Source: Squalus acanthias
Taxonomy: Eukaryota
NCBI GenBank assembly: GCA_030390025.1
Contig: CM059431.1
Span: forward strand, 115,694,001 to 115,758,000
Reading direction: 5' to 3'
Length of the DNA stretch: 64,000 nucleotides
The translations under genes were made by a program, and so were the position numbers. Below, piece after piece: positions 25,161-38,262 of this stretch (position 1 is its first letter; each line of letters begins with the position of its first letter). The notes under the pieces were generated by a model. That model saw only the letters and a program-made list of their open reading frames with translations. It was not told where the DNA came from and did not search any database.

Positions 25161-27089
25161 GCTGTATGAATAAGTACCATACTCTCTGCAGTGCAAATCT
25201 ACCTGAGTGTCAGTGCAGTGGCGCAGCAGATAAGTTTCTGGAGCAGATTGCTTACGGATGTGAGCCAATAAAGCTTCCCTTGGCCATGGTGATACCGCTT
25301 TAATTAATGTGAAACAGCTTTATGACTTCAGCTACATCTGTTATATATACTAAAAGGCAAACCCTGGCTCTTTGAAATCCAGCACACCTTTGATGACACA
25401 TTTTATTATCTAGTGATCTACAGCTGCATTCCTCTTGACTGCTGCAGCATAAATTATTGGAAGATAGAATGCTTATTTAAACAGGCATTTCAAAATGAAA
25501 AATTCCAAGCAGTGAGTGAAACTGGAAATGTGTTTAGTGTTTAACCATTCATAAACCCCCAAAGGACAGGATGGACAGTTATAATAGCGGCAGCCTCCAA
25601 ACAAATGAGAGTAAGGCTAAGGGTAAGTAAGGTAAGTAAAAGAGACCTATTAGTTGGAGGTTTCATTGTGAGACATGATGATAGGCTAATGTGCAATGGG
25701 AAGTTGTTGAGCAGGGTAGTTTTGTGTTTTCTAGGAGATAGGGTTAAGGAACCAGATAATAGGGTGAACGGTTGAATGAAGGAAGAAAGTTGAAAAATTG
25801 CTTAACAAAACCCGCTGCCTCCTCACACGGACCTGCATGCGCTGACGTCAGCAGCCTTGCGAACCAAGAAAAATCGCATACGGACATCAAAAGGGAAATC
25901 GCAAGGGATATGGGGGGAGGTTGCATGTCAGTCACTGGCTTACATATTCAATAGCTTTTTGAGGTCTGGGCTAGCCCCCATGGATTGGAGGCAGGCTCAT
26001 GTGGTGTCATTATTTAAGAAAGGGAAGAAATTGGTCCCTTGTAATTATAGGCCTATGAGCTTGACATTGGTTGTAGGGGAGCTGTTGAAAAGCTTTATGA
26101 GGGATGTGAAATATGATTACAACAACAACTAGTATTTATATAGTGCCTTTAACGTAGTAAAACGTCCCAAGGTGCTTCTCAGGAGTGTTATAAAACAAAA
26201 TTTGACACTGAGCCACAGAAGGGGAAATTAGGACAGATGAAGTAGGTTTTAAGGAGCATCTTAAAGGAGGAAAGAGAGGTAGAGAAGGGGAAAGTTGAGG
26301 GAGGGAATTCCAGAGCTTGGCACCTAGGCAGCTGAAGGCACGGCCACCAATGGTGGAGCGATTAAAATTAGGGACGCTCAAGAGGCCAGAATTAGAGGAG
26401 CACAGATATCTCGAGGTTGTGGGGCTAGAGGAGATTACAGAGATAGAGAGGGGCGAGGTCATGGAAGGATTTGAAAACAAGGATGAGAATTTTAAAATCG
26501 AGGCGTTGCTTAACCGGGAGCCAATGTAGGTCAGCGAGCACAGGAGTGATGGGTGAATGGGCAGCCGAATTTTGGATGACCTCAAGTTTAAGTAGGGTAG
26601 AACATGGGAGGCCAGCCAGGAGTGCATTGGAATAGTCAAGTCTAGAGGTAACAAAGGCATGGATGAGGGTTTCAGCAGCAGATGAGCTGAGGCAGGGCAG
26701 AGATGGGCAATGTTATGGAGGTGGAAATAGGCGGTCCTAGTTATGCCGCGGATATGCGGTCGGAAGCTCATTTCAGGGTCAAATATGACACCAAGGTTGC
26801 GAACAGTGCGGTTCAGCCTCAGACAGATGTTAGGGAGAGATATGGAGCCGATGGCTAGGAAACGGACTTTGTGGCAGGGACCGAAAACAATGGCTTCGGT
26901 CTTCCCAATATTTAATTAAAGAAAATTTCTGCTCATCCAGTACTGGATGTCGGACAAGCAGCGTGACAATGTAGAGACAGTGGAGGGGTCGAGAGAAGTG
27001 GTGGTGAGGTAGAGCTGGGTGTCGTCAGTGTACATGTGGAAACTGACGCTGTGTTTTCGGATGCTGTCGTGGAGGACCAACATATAGAT

Positions 27090-27400
27090 GAGAATTTTTT
27101 TAAAATTCGTTTGTGGGATGTGGGTGTCGCTGGCAAGGCCAGCATTTATTACCCATCCCTAAATGCCCTTGAGAAGGTGGTGGTGAGATGCCTTCTTGAA
27201 CCGCTGCAGTCCGTGTGGTGAAGGTACTCCCACAGTGCTGTTAGGTAGGGAGTTCCAGGATTTTGACCCAGTGACGATGAAGGATCGGCGATATACTTCC
27301 AAGTCAGGATGGTGTGTGACTTGGAGGGGAACTTGGAGGTGGTGGTGTTCCCATGCGCCTGCTGCCCTTTTCCTTCTAGGTGGAAGAGGTCATGGATTGA
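27090..27400 (-). mobile_element. Nested 3' end of the CR1/L2-group LINE
   Basis: Reverse-complement match to 39150-39490. Intact tail ...taataaatgctggccttgccagcgacacccacatccca... Confidence 0.85.
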
Positions 27401-27759
27401 GGGGCGTTGGAGAAGGATGGAGTGGTCAACCGTGTCAAAGGCTGCAGACAGGTCGAGAAGGGCGAGGAGGGATAGTTTACTTTTGTCACAGTCACAAAGG
27501 ATGCCATTTGTGACTTTGATGAGAGCCGTTTTGGTACTGTGGCGGGGCGGAAACATGATTGGAGGGATTCAAGCATGGAGCTCCGGTAAAGATGGGCATG
27601 GATTTGAGAGGTGACAACACGTTCAAGGACTTTGGAGAGGAAAGGGTGGTTGGAGATGGAGCGGTAGTTTGCAAGGACGGAGGGGTCAATGGTTGTTTGT
27701 TTGGGGAGAAGGGTGATGACGGCAGATTTGCAGGACAGTACCGGAGGAGAGAGAACCGT

Positions 27760-28810
27760 AGCTAAGAGTGGCAAGCAGTGACTAGTGGGGTACCGCAGGG
27801 ATCGGTCCTTGGACCCCAGCTATTCACAATATACATTAATGACCTAGATAAGGGAACTAAATGTAATATCACCAAGTTTGCAGATGACACAAAGCTGGGT
27901 GGGAGTGTGTGCTGCGAGGAGGATACCGAGAAACTCCAGGATGATTTGGACAGGTTGGGTGAGTGGGCAGAAGCGTGGCAGATGCAATATAACGTGGATA
28001 AATGCGAGGTTATCCACTTTGGTGTCAAAAACAGAAAGGCAGACTATTATCTGAATGGCAATAGATTGGGAGAAGGGGAAGTGCAACGAGACCTGGGTGT
28101 CCTTGTGCACCAGTCACTGAAGGTAAGCATGCAGGTGCAGCAGGCGGTGAAGAAGGCAAATGGTATGTTGGCCTTCATAGCGAAAGGGTTTGAGTATAGG
28201 AACAGGGCTGTCCTGCTGCAGTTGTACAGGGCCTTGGTGAGACCACACCTTGAGTACTGTGTGCAGTTTTGGTCGCCTTATCTGAGGAAGGATATTCTTG
28301 CCATGGAAGGAGTTCAGCGAAGATTCACAAGGCTGATACCTGGGATGGCAGGAATGACATATGAGGAGAGATTGGGTCGATTGGGCTTATACTCGCTGGA
28401 GTATAGAAGAATGAGAGGGGATCTCATTGAAACATATAAAGTTCTGACAGGTCTGGACAAACTAGATGCAGGAAGAATGTTCCCGATGGTCGGAGAGTCC
28501 AGAACCAGGGGTCATAATCTAAGGATAAGGGGTAAGCCATTTAGGACAGAAATGAGGAAGAATTTCTTCACCCAGAGAGTGGTGAACCTGTGGAATTCTC
28601 TACCACAGAAGGTAGTTGAGGCCAAGTCATTAAATATATTCAAGAATGAGTTAGATATATTTCTTAAGGCTAAAGGTATCAAGGGATATGGGGAGAAGGC
28701 AGGTACAGGGTACTGAGTTTGGATGATCAGCCATGATCTCATCGAATGGCGGAGCAGGCTCGAGGGGCCGAATGGCCTACTCCTGCTCCTATCTTCTATG
28801 TTTCTATGTT
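27760..28810 (+). mobile_element. Young CR1 (HER1-like) LINE, 5'-truncated, uninterrupted 312-aa ORF2 C-terminus (27778-28716)
   Basis: SGVPQGSVLGPQLFTIYINDLD..FADDTKL..HLEYCVQFWSP..FFTQRVVNLWNSLP with no stops, and a (ctatgttt)n tail. Confidence 0.95.
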
Positions 28811-29464
28811 TAACATGGGAGCCAAAAAAGGAAGTTGGGTGGTCAGCAGTTTAGTGGGAATAGGGTCGAGGGAGCAGGAAGTGGGTCTCATGATCAAGAT
28901 GAGCGTGGAGGGGTCATGAGGGGAGATCGGAGAGAAACTGGAGAAAGATGCAAGTTCAGGGCTAGGGCAGTGGGGAACCTTAGAGGAAGCTTGGCCCGCT
29001 GGGCTAGGGGAAAGAAGGGATGTGGCAGAGGCAGCTGATCGGATGGTCTCAATCTTAGAGACAAAGAAGTCCATGAGCTCCTCGTACTTGTTGTTGGAGG
29101 TGAGGGTGGAGGAGACAGGGGAGTGGGGTTTAAGAAGATAGTTAGCAGGAGAGAAAAGAAACCGGGGACTTGGATAGTTCAGCGCTTATTAGGGAATCCC
29201 AGCATGGCTTCAGGAAATGTAGGCCATGCCGCACTAACCTGATTGAGATGATTGAACAAATGAGCAGAATGGTGGATCAAAATAGTTCTGTTGATTTGTA
29301 TGCCTTGACTCCCAAAGAGCGCTCTACAAAGTTGTCTGGTAGAAAAAATTAGGTCATGCGAGATTATAAAACGGCTGTTTTTAAAATGTATTCTTCAGAT
29401 GTCTGTGATGCTGAGGAACCAGTATGTAATGTCCAAGCTAGCTGCTCTGAAAAAAGAAACGAAA

Positions 29465-30752
29465 GCAAGAATGTCTTGCATTTCTATAGCACCTTTCATG
29501 TCCTCAGGATGTCCCAAAGCGCTTTACAGCCAATAGAAGTAATTTTGAAGCGTAGTCACTGTTGTAATGTAGGAAACGCAGCAGCCAATTTGCACACAGC
29601 AAGGTCCCACAAACAGCAGCATGATAATGACTAAATTATCTGTTTTAGTGATCTTGATCGAGGGATAAATATTGGCCAGGACACTGGGGATAACTCCCCT
29701 GCTCTTCTTCAAACTAGTGCCATGGGATCTTTTACATCCACCTGAGAGAGGAAACAGGGCCTCATTTTAATGTCTCATCTGAAGGACAGCTCCTCCAAAA
29801 CTGCAGCACTCCCTCAGTACTGCACTGGAGTGTCAGCCTAGATTTTTGTGCTCAAGTGTCTGGAGTGGGATTTGAACCTTATGGGCTGGATTTTGTCAAT
29901 GGGGGCACGTTGGGGGCGGGACTGCTGATTGTCGGGTTTCAGTCCCGCCCCCAATGACGTCCGGCCAACCCACGCTATTTTCCCTTGATTGACCTTGTTA
30001 AGCCCACCCTGCGGGCTTACCGGCCAATTAAGGGAAAGCCGGTGACAGAGGACTTAAACGTATGACGTTTCATCTGCCAAAAAATTTTGACAGATGAATT
30101 GTCAGCGTTTAACAGCTTTGAGAAGCTGTCAAACACTGACAATCTCTGTTCTAAGGTGAGCCCTTGCACAGAAGGCACACCAAAACCTCTTTCCTCAGCA
30201 GAAATCAGATGGCTGCTGCATCTGAGAATGCAGCAGCCATTCTGTCATCTCTGCCGTTGAGATGAGGCACCTTCGGATCCCCAAGGGTTGAAGCCTGCAG
30301 GAAGAAACAAAGGTAAGTAAACTTTTTCCAACACTTTACACTCATCTCTCATACTTACCTCTCCACACTTGCACCCATCACTCACCTCCACAGCGTACTT
30401 TTCTATCCCTCTCACCCCCGCAGACCCACTGCTCACCTCGCTGACCCTGGCGAGGTTCGCAGCCGTCGGGAAGCCCGCACTTGCGGAGGTAAAATGGGGA
30501 TAAGCCTCAAAACTGCCTGTTAACTACCTTCCCCTCCCCTTCCCACCTTGAGGAGATGGGTCCCTGCGTGAGTCGGGGACCCACCTCCCGGGAAGATAGC
30601 ACGGAGGCGGGTTGGGAGCGGGTTCGGTCCCCGCTCCCAGTTTCTGCCATTTTCCCGGCAGTCCCGCCTCCATACCCGCCTCCCCAGGGCTGGGAAAACT
30701 CCCCCCTATGACTCAGAGGCGAGAGTGCTACCAACTGAGCCACAGCTCACAC
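29465..30752 (-). mobile_element. SacSINE1-like DeuSINE interrupted in its tRNA head by a MITE
   Basis: Body at 29465-29882. The head resumes at 30707-30752 (gactcagaggcgagagtgctaccaactgagccacagc). Confidence 0.87.
29883..30706. mobile_element. Harbinger-type MITE (824 bp)
   Basis: GGGCTGGATTTT...AAAACTCCCCCC ends. TAT duplication at 29880-29882 and 30707-30709. Confidence 0.85.
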
Positions 30753-30754
30753 AG

Positions 30755-31000
30755 TTAAGGGTGTTAAGTGACAACCGCACAGTGTCAGACCGGAATCACG
30801 TGTATACCAGACTGGGTAGAAGTGACAGGTTCCTTTCCCTGCAGGACATTCGTGATCCAGTTGCATTTTTATGACAATCTGGCAACTTTCGCTGTCATTT
30901 TCTGGTGCTAGCCCGCAAATTACCAAATTTATTGAATTCAATTTCACAACTTGCCATGGTGGGATCTAAAGTCACATCTTCTAAGCTGCTGGTCCAGTAG
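30755..31000 (-). mobile_element. Degenerate tRNA-derived SINE
   Basis: Minus strand ...atcccaccatggcaagttgtgaaattgaattcaataaa...ggaaaggaacctgtcac resembles a shark SINE. Family not identified. Confidence 0.5.
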
Positions 31001-32313
31001 GCTGCTGTTCCCTGTTTGGTTGTAAAGGTTGCTAGTTGAAATCACATAAGCTGAGAGCTGTTCTAAATGGGAGTGGGTCTGACTGGGGCCTGGTTACGAG
31101 TTGCATTCTACTGTCTGGATAGGCCTGATGGCCTTTACTCTCCCTTGTTGTATGTTTGCTTGTTTGATTTCTTTTTTTGCTTCCTGAATATAAAGCTAAC
31201 ACTCACTAGTATGGGAGTGTTATTTTTGTTTATTTTCCCTTGCGCAAACATAATGACGCTATATGTGTGACATGCTATCTCAATTGCACTTAAAGAAAGC
31301 TTATTGTGAACATTATCAGCTATTCCCATTCATGTGAGGGCTGAAAATAAATATGACAGAGGGCATAGGTAATGACCTAATGCAATGTTATTTTCATTGG
31401 ATTACAATCCAAAGAATGCTGGCATGCAAGCTGGTCTCTGGTACAGAACAGATGGTATTTAGGAAGAAGTTGTTAGTGATAACGTGCAGCTTTTACAGAA
31501 TTTATTAGCTTACTGACAGATAGCTTGAGGTACGGATCAGTGGTTAAACCTGAATGAGCTGTGCAACTTTTTGTATCAATATTTACCTTAAATTAATCTT
31601 TATAATGTATAGTGGAGCAATCCAGCTCTGTGAAACAAAATTAAAGAAGTATTTACATAGTGCCGTCTGATGATGTTGAAACATCTCAAGATCCTTCACA
31701 CGATGGTTTACTTCTGGAGCACCCTGGCTGTTGTTAAAAATGCATTATTTTTCAATATAGCCTCCTTTTCCAGTCAGTGAAGCCTATTATAACCTTGGTC
31801 TATCATCGCGATATTGCAAAAATACCTTTTTACTGTCACGTAAGATAAAGATGTAGAGAAAACATGAGCCTTCAGATTACACTTGGGGCACTAGCATGAA
31901 TATTTAACATGCTCTTCTGACATTTCTCTCTTCCCTATTTTCATTTGAAACAGATTAACACCTCCTCCAGAGTAGCACAGGGAGGAATTTCGGATGAACA
32001 CTTTAAACATTTGCTCACCAGAATTCCACTGAATAATCTTAGGGTTATGGTTGCGATTAGTCGCAGTAAAGGAAGAAAAATGCAAAGTTCTACGTTAGAA
32101 TTCTCGTGAGCAGATTCCTAAAAAGTAAACAAAACAAAAATTACGTGCATTGGTTAAAAAAAAAATGGCCCATTATATATTTCCTGTGTTCTAATCTGTT
32201 GTTGTTTGTATTTGTGCTCACCAAAGAATATGATGACTGTTTGGGAAATGGGGCATTACCTCACATTGTATCAATAGCACTAATTGTGTAAATGTCATTG
32301 CCTTAGTCTCTTT

Positions 32314-32608
32314 AGGGGTGAGACTCAACTTTAGCGGGAGCGCAGAAAGTGGGGTAGCGGATCGAACGTAGGTCAGACACCCCGCCCAACTTTACTATCC
32401 ATAAAAGTCAATGGAACAGAAAATCGGCCGGTATGTGTAACAGGTACCTCTGCTAAGTGGCTATGTGCTATGTGGCTTGGTGTCCAATTTTGTTTGATAA
32501 CGCTCCTGTGAAGCATCTTGGGACATGTTACTATTTTAAAGGCGCTACATAAATGCAAGTTGTTGTTGTTGTTGTTAGCGCCCATTTTGAAGTTGAATTT
32601 CACCCCCC
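32314..32608. mobile_element. Fold-back MITE (family of 22622-22795) with an L2 tail inserted at about 32457-32576
   Basis: ggggtgagactcaactt / aagttgaatttcacccc ends. Internal ggcgctacataaatgcaag(ttg)n. Confidence 0.7.
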
Positions 32609-33186
32609 CTTCTTTCTGTGATTCTCACAGCGAAACCTCAGTAAGAATGTCAGTTCAGACTGACATTCAAATTTGGGGATCTTAGTGGAGAGGCGAACAT
32701 TCCAGTACTGTACTTAGTGGGCGCGTTGGTGTTAACATGATATACCCAGAATAAGCGATGGCCGGTAAAGCCAATCTCCAATTCATTATATAAAAACTGA
32801 TGACCAGTGCCTCATGTTTGAGCCCAATAGCAGAACATGTACAGCTTTAAACCAAACATACTTAAAACGCTAATGTATTTTCATGCATCTTACTCTGGCC
32901 AGATCAAGTAACGTCAGGATATGTGCTGCTGTCTACAGTTACGGTCTGGCTTTTGTAATGTGTGAGGTTCTAGTGATTCTTTTAGATATTTTAATCCCTG
33001 ATATCTTTGTTTCTGCAACCATGCAAGTCCAGTTAACTCGAAACAGTTTGTCACAGAAATCCCCAGTGTATAAAAAATGAACATTGCACAGATAGATTGT
33101 GAAGTGGTGTGTAACTCGGTAAATAAAGGGGATTAACGAGAACCAAAGAACTTATTGAACTACCCGAAATAGTTGACGCGCTTAAT

Positions 33187-33620
33187 ACATAGGATTACAT
33201 GGGATTACATAGGATATATGGCACAGAAACAGGCCATTCGGCCCAACCAGTCCATGCCGGTGTTTATGCTCCACTCGAGCCTCCTCCCGTCTTTCCTCAT
33301 CTAAATCTATCAGCATAACCCTCTATTCCCTTTCCCTCATATGCTTGTCTAGCCTCCCCTTAAATGCATCTATACTATTCGCTTCAACCACTCCCTGTGG
33401 TAGCGAGTTCCACATTCTCACCACTCTCTGGGTAAAGAAGTTTCTTCTGAATTCCCTATTGGATTTCTTGGTGACTATCTTATATTGATGGCCTCTAGTT
33501 ATGCTCTTCGCCACAAGTGGAAGCATTCTCTCTGTATCCACTTTATCAAAATTTTTCATAATTTTAAAGACCTCTATTAGGTCACCTCTCAGCCTTCTCT
33601 TTTCAAGACAAAAGAGACCG
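33187..33620 (-). mobile_element. CR1 3' end
   Basis: RRNFFTQRVVRMWNSLP, reverse match to 6070-6470. Confidence 0.92.
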
Positions 33621-33719
33621 TTTTAAGTTTTAAGTGGCGCCTTTATAATTGACTCCCATGGTACTAGCAAATTGGTTAGTGCTAGTTGTCCGATATAGGC
33701 GACTGCCCATGATAAGCAT

Positions 33720-34040
33720 AGATGGTGTAAGTGGTGAGAACTGTATCCAGTTTTAAAAAGGGAGACATAGCTAATTTTGGTAATTACAGGCCAGATAGAT
33801 TAACATCTGAGGTGGGGGAACTTTTACAGTCTTCCATTAATGATGTGATTACCACATACCTAGATAAAGAGATACATGTAGCCAGCATAGATTTCAAAGG
33901 GAATGATTGTGCTTGGCAAACCTTGTAGAATTCTTTGAGGAGGTAACAGATGGCAGATGGGGGAAATGCAGTGGATGTAGTGTGCATGGACTTTAAGAAA
34001 TCTTTTCACAAAGTTCAACATGGGGAGTATTGGAGAAGAT
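33720..34040 (+). mobile_element. Old CR1 RT fragment
   Basis: FKKGD..GNYRP..LTS, VDVVCMDFKKSFHKV. Confidence 0.7.
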
Positions 34041-34188
34041 TAAGGGGTATGGTGTAATGGGAAGTGGATAATCCTAGTGGGCCTATTCCTGAGGTCTCCA
34101 CCATTATAGGTGCCTGTGTATAGCCAATCCAGTTGACTCTGCATTACAGTAAGAAGCACTTGAGTGCACTGGAAACAGTAAAGACTAT

Positions 34189-34690
34189 GGGAGAGAAATT
34201 TGGTATCGCCCCGTTTGGGGCGCAATTATCGGCCAGGCGCAAAGTTTAGCGCCTGGCACTAATTATCACCTCTGACTGCAAACTTGGCTTCTATCACCCC
34301 TGGAGGTGATTGGAGCGCTAAATCAGGCGTTACACACCTCTCTTAAGGTGCTAACGCCGAGGAGCGAGGCGCTAACTCAGAGTGCTGGCGAAGCTCATGT
34401 GATGTCAGTCAACAATGGAACACAGACACACTGGCACCGGCCAGTTCTTAAAGGGGAGGGTCGATCATGCTCTCCATCCACACCCTGCTTATTGCAGCCT
34501 TGAATCTCGGCCTGGAGAGACCTGTACATCAATTCTGCTGGAAAGAACAATGGAGAGGCCCAGGGAAAGAGCTCAGAGTGCAGCCCCCATAGTCTCTTCT
34601 AAATCGATGCAAGGAAGGACAAATCAAAATGAAACTGCAAAGTGCTGCTCAGCACCCAAAACTCCTTCACATAGCGTTGAATCTCTCCAG

Positions 34691-34721
<31 letters not shown>

Positions 34722-35094
34722 AGAATGCATGGTGCAAAAATGTCGCCGACAAAAAAAGTCAGGAAGTGGTCGCCTTAAAATAGCGCTCCCCCAGTCCATT
34801 CCCAACTGCAAAACGTTCCTCTCAACCTACCGTTGCTAGTGGCACGCGGTAAGGCAGGGGGAGCCACTCAATATCCAGTCCGGAGTGCTACCGGGGTGTT
34901 GCACGCTCGACTGACATCACGATCTGCGGGTGCAGGAGATCGTGGCGGTAGTGTTTAGCACCGCCGCAAAATGTCTGGTCAATTTTGCGAGCGGCACAAA
35001 CATCACCGTGCCCAGGCGCTAGTTGCTTTGCGACCCATTATCGCCCTCTTAGGGTGCTAACAGGGAGGCGCAAAGCAACTGAATTTTCCCCCCC
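34189..35094 (+). mobile_element. Harbinger-derived non-autonomous element (same family as 52090-52899)
   Basis: GGGAGAGAAATT / AATTTTCCCCCCC ends. TAT duplication at 34186-34188 and 35095-35097. Many TAGCGCC-like motifs. Confidence 0.85.
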
Positions 35095-35099
35095 TATAG

Positions 35100-35470
35100 G
35101 TGTTGACAACATACCAGTTATAGTGCTGAAGAAGCTGTGCCTCCCCAGCAAAGTTGTTCTAGTGCAGCTATGGCACTGGCATCTACCAATAATATGCTAA
35201 ATTGCACAGGTATGTTCTATCCACAAAAAACAGGATGAATCGAACCCGGCCAATTACCACCCTGTCAGCCTGCGCTCAGTCATCGGGAAAGTGAAGGAAG
35301 GCATTGTCAATAGTGCCAATTCACTAATAACTTGCTCACTGACACTCAGAACCACTCAACTCCAGACCTCATCACAGACCTGATCCAGATATGGATGCAA
35401 GAGCCGAATGTCAGAGGAAAGGTGAGAGTCACTGCATTCAACATCAAGGCAGCATTTGACCAGGTATGGC
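35100..35470 (+). mobile_element. Old LINE RT fragment
   Basis: aattaccaccctgtcagcctg (NYHPVSL), HSTPDLIT, IKAAFDQVWH. Confidence 0.75.
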
Positions 35471-36841
35471 ATGCACCAGGAATGCATACCGGGAAAATCT
35501 GTACCCTCAACATGTGATTTTCTTATCATTTAAATTAATAGCTAGAAAATCATGGGCTGGTATGTAAAGGAATGAGCCAAACCTATTCAGAAAAATACAC
35601 CATCCTATGAACAGAATTCTGATTTTATTAAAACATGACAAACTGGGTTTAAAAATCTAATAGCCTCAACGTCACAAAGCTGTAAACACCATACAGGCTT
35701 TTGAGATAAAGATTGGTTATTGACACTGAGACAATGGCCTATTGAAGAAGCAAAGAGTTTGTTCCACGGAGTCTGTAGTTTGGAACCAACACAATAGCAA
35801 TGCCCAAGTAAAGTGTTAAAAACTAACACGTCGAATAGAAACACAGAACATTAAAAAACCATGTGCCTTTGTAAAAGTAACATCAAATGAAACAGGAAAC
35901 ACAATTATATATATAACCATCTAAGACGGCTAGGAAAACAAACACCATGGTTGAAGTGGTTTTGATTTACATATTGTAAAAGGTACACAACAGAACACTT
36001 TGAAAATATTACATCAATAGATGTACCAAGCAATCACACTGTTTATGTGTTGAACTTGGAACACACGGAGACGAGAAGTCTATAATACAAGCAGTTAAGC
36101 CAATATTAAGAAATCAATGGAAGACCTTGTTAAGAATGGTATCAAATAGATACTGCTGTTACATTATTTTTTATGATAAGTTTTGAAACACCTACACAGC
36201 AGACAGGATTCTAAAAGTTAACGGCTGAATTGACAGTAAGAATAGAAAATAATTCAATAGAGAATGACTAGAGATAATCAGCTTATATCAGCAGAAAACT
36301 TCAAAGGATAAACCACTAAAAAAAGGTATAAAAATAGAGCTTTTCAGATAGAAAGTCAGAAGTCGCTGGAAAGGGGCAGAGCGATTCTTGCCTTCAGAAC
36401 CACTCTGTAGGCCTACAACTCTTTGAGTCTCGGGTAATCAAGGTATTTGATTTTGGTGGATATTCTGGATTAAGAAATAAGTAGAAGTGTGGAATGTAAC
36501 GAAGTTCAGATTTGAGAATAAGGATCTCTGATAAGAAATGTAAGCTATTTGTATTTTGGACTGTTAAAGTTGCGATTGAAATCAACAGCTGTTAGCTGAA
36601 TGTCGGTTCTTTAATAAATCTATATTTTTTAAAAAATTGTCTCACAGAGTATTTCTGTATCAAACTCGCGAACTCAATTGCTGTACACTCTTTTGTAAGG
36701 AGTTGCAGAATTCTGGGGGGTTTTCCGGACCCTCATAATATCCGGAAGGTTACAGTCTAGTTAAACTTGTTAAAAGTGCTATCCGGAGGATGGTCACATC
36801 TTTAGGTCGTTTCTTTCCTTTAGGGAGAGATAGTCTGACCT

Positions 36842-37054
36842 TTAGACCCAATTAAGCGTCTTATAGGATTCGGCTATCTCTAACTTTAGTTGAAGGGGAA
36901 CATCTGGGGAATACGCCTGATCTGGGGTAGCCCGAAAAGGGCTAGGACTTGTAATTATCCCTTCAGGCGGTACTGATTTTCTTGATATGTACTTGCAGCA
37001 TCTGTTAGGAGCAGTACAGCAAAAAAGTCTCAGCCAGGATCTTCCGCCAATCAT
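36842..37054 (-). other. Candidate 70-aa small ORF of unknown function
   Basis: AAAAACATGA start context with an in-frame upstream stop, two Cys-Cys pairs, non-repeat context. No homology recognised. Confidence 0.25.
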
Positions 37055-38262
37055 GTTTTTGAATTTAATTGTGCAACATGTCAGTCAACATTGAGTGGCT
37101 ATGAGGGCTCACAAAGACAGTCCTTTTGATTATGGTTTACCTGTTTTCTTAAATTACGTGTGTTAAAAACAAAGTCTGTTGCTTACGTACTGAACCTATC
37201 TGCCCTACCTACCTCATTCTGTTTACACTGAAACTACTGTTTGTGTATTCTGGGGGGCTTTCAGGAACTCTGAAGCTTCCTAGAGTTTAGTCTATGAAGA
37301 TTCATCCATAAACAGTGGACAAGTTAAAGTAACTTGTTTTACCTAGGAATGCAGCTCTGTGGGCGGATGTGGTCATTCAGCTCTAAACATATCTTCTCCT
37401 GAATTCAACCGTTTTATATATGTGTACAAAAATAAGTTCCACTAAAACATGAGTGTCTCCTTATGCAGAAATATAATATCCTCTGCAGCTGGTAAGAAAC
37501 TAATATCTTCATCTTAACCAGTAGGACATTTACATGGCTTGTTAATAAATTGCTCTGAAAGAAATAAATATATGCATTCATAAACTATCATCACATTTCT
37601 CAGAGAAGTCCCAAAGGACGGCCTAGGCAAGCATGGCAGCCATTTTGCACACGGCAAGATGCTACAACCAGCAATGAAATTAATAGCCAGTTAATCTGTT
37701 TTTGGTTGTGTTGATTGAGGGGAAATGTTGTCCAGATGCCAAGAAAACTATGCAATCGTTAACGTTTACCTGAACCACAAAAAAGGCCAAATGGGGGGTC
37801 TCAGTTTAACATCTCATCCAGGAATCCAGCAGTCCTTCAGTATTATTGGAACATCAACTAAGATGTGCTCAAGGCCTTAAATCCACAAACCTCTGATCAG
37901 AAGCAAGAGTGATATCATCAGAGTCAAGTTAACACCTGAGCTACAATGCAATGTGCATTTTAGAACCAAGCTGATTGGGAAAGGGGGGTGAAGCCAAAGG
38001 AAGCAAACACAGTTATAATTCACATATTCAAAATGGTGGCCATTCTGAGATAGCAGGAGTGCTACTCTACTTGTAAATAACTTGATTTGCACATAGATTT
38101 ATTTGTCAGATTTTAATGATTCTGTCACCAACACGAGCGAATTAAGGACTTCAGATCCTTTCAAAGTACAGTGCCCGCCCCCACCCCCCCCCGTGCCCCC
38201 CACCAATAGTTTCTATCTTATGCTGTTTAGAAATGCTCAATAAATGTTTCATAAACAATGTC

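Larger units (their letters stand above)
26117..29165 (-). mobile_element. L2 LINE, decayed, with two nested LINEs
   Basis: [75 protein letters not shown], (GTT)n tail. Confidence 0.92.
25870..29350 (+). mobile_element. Old CR1 RT fragment split by the L2 insertion (pieces about 25870-26115 and 29170-29350)
   Basis: DWRQAHVVSLFKKG..NYRPMSLT continues as SQHGFRKCRPCRTNLIE on the other side of the L2. Confidence 0.75.

Noticed and set aside
34694..34720. (CT)n microsatellite
   Set aside because: Ordinary simple repeat inside a MITE.
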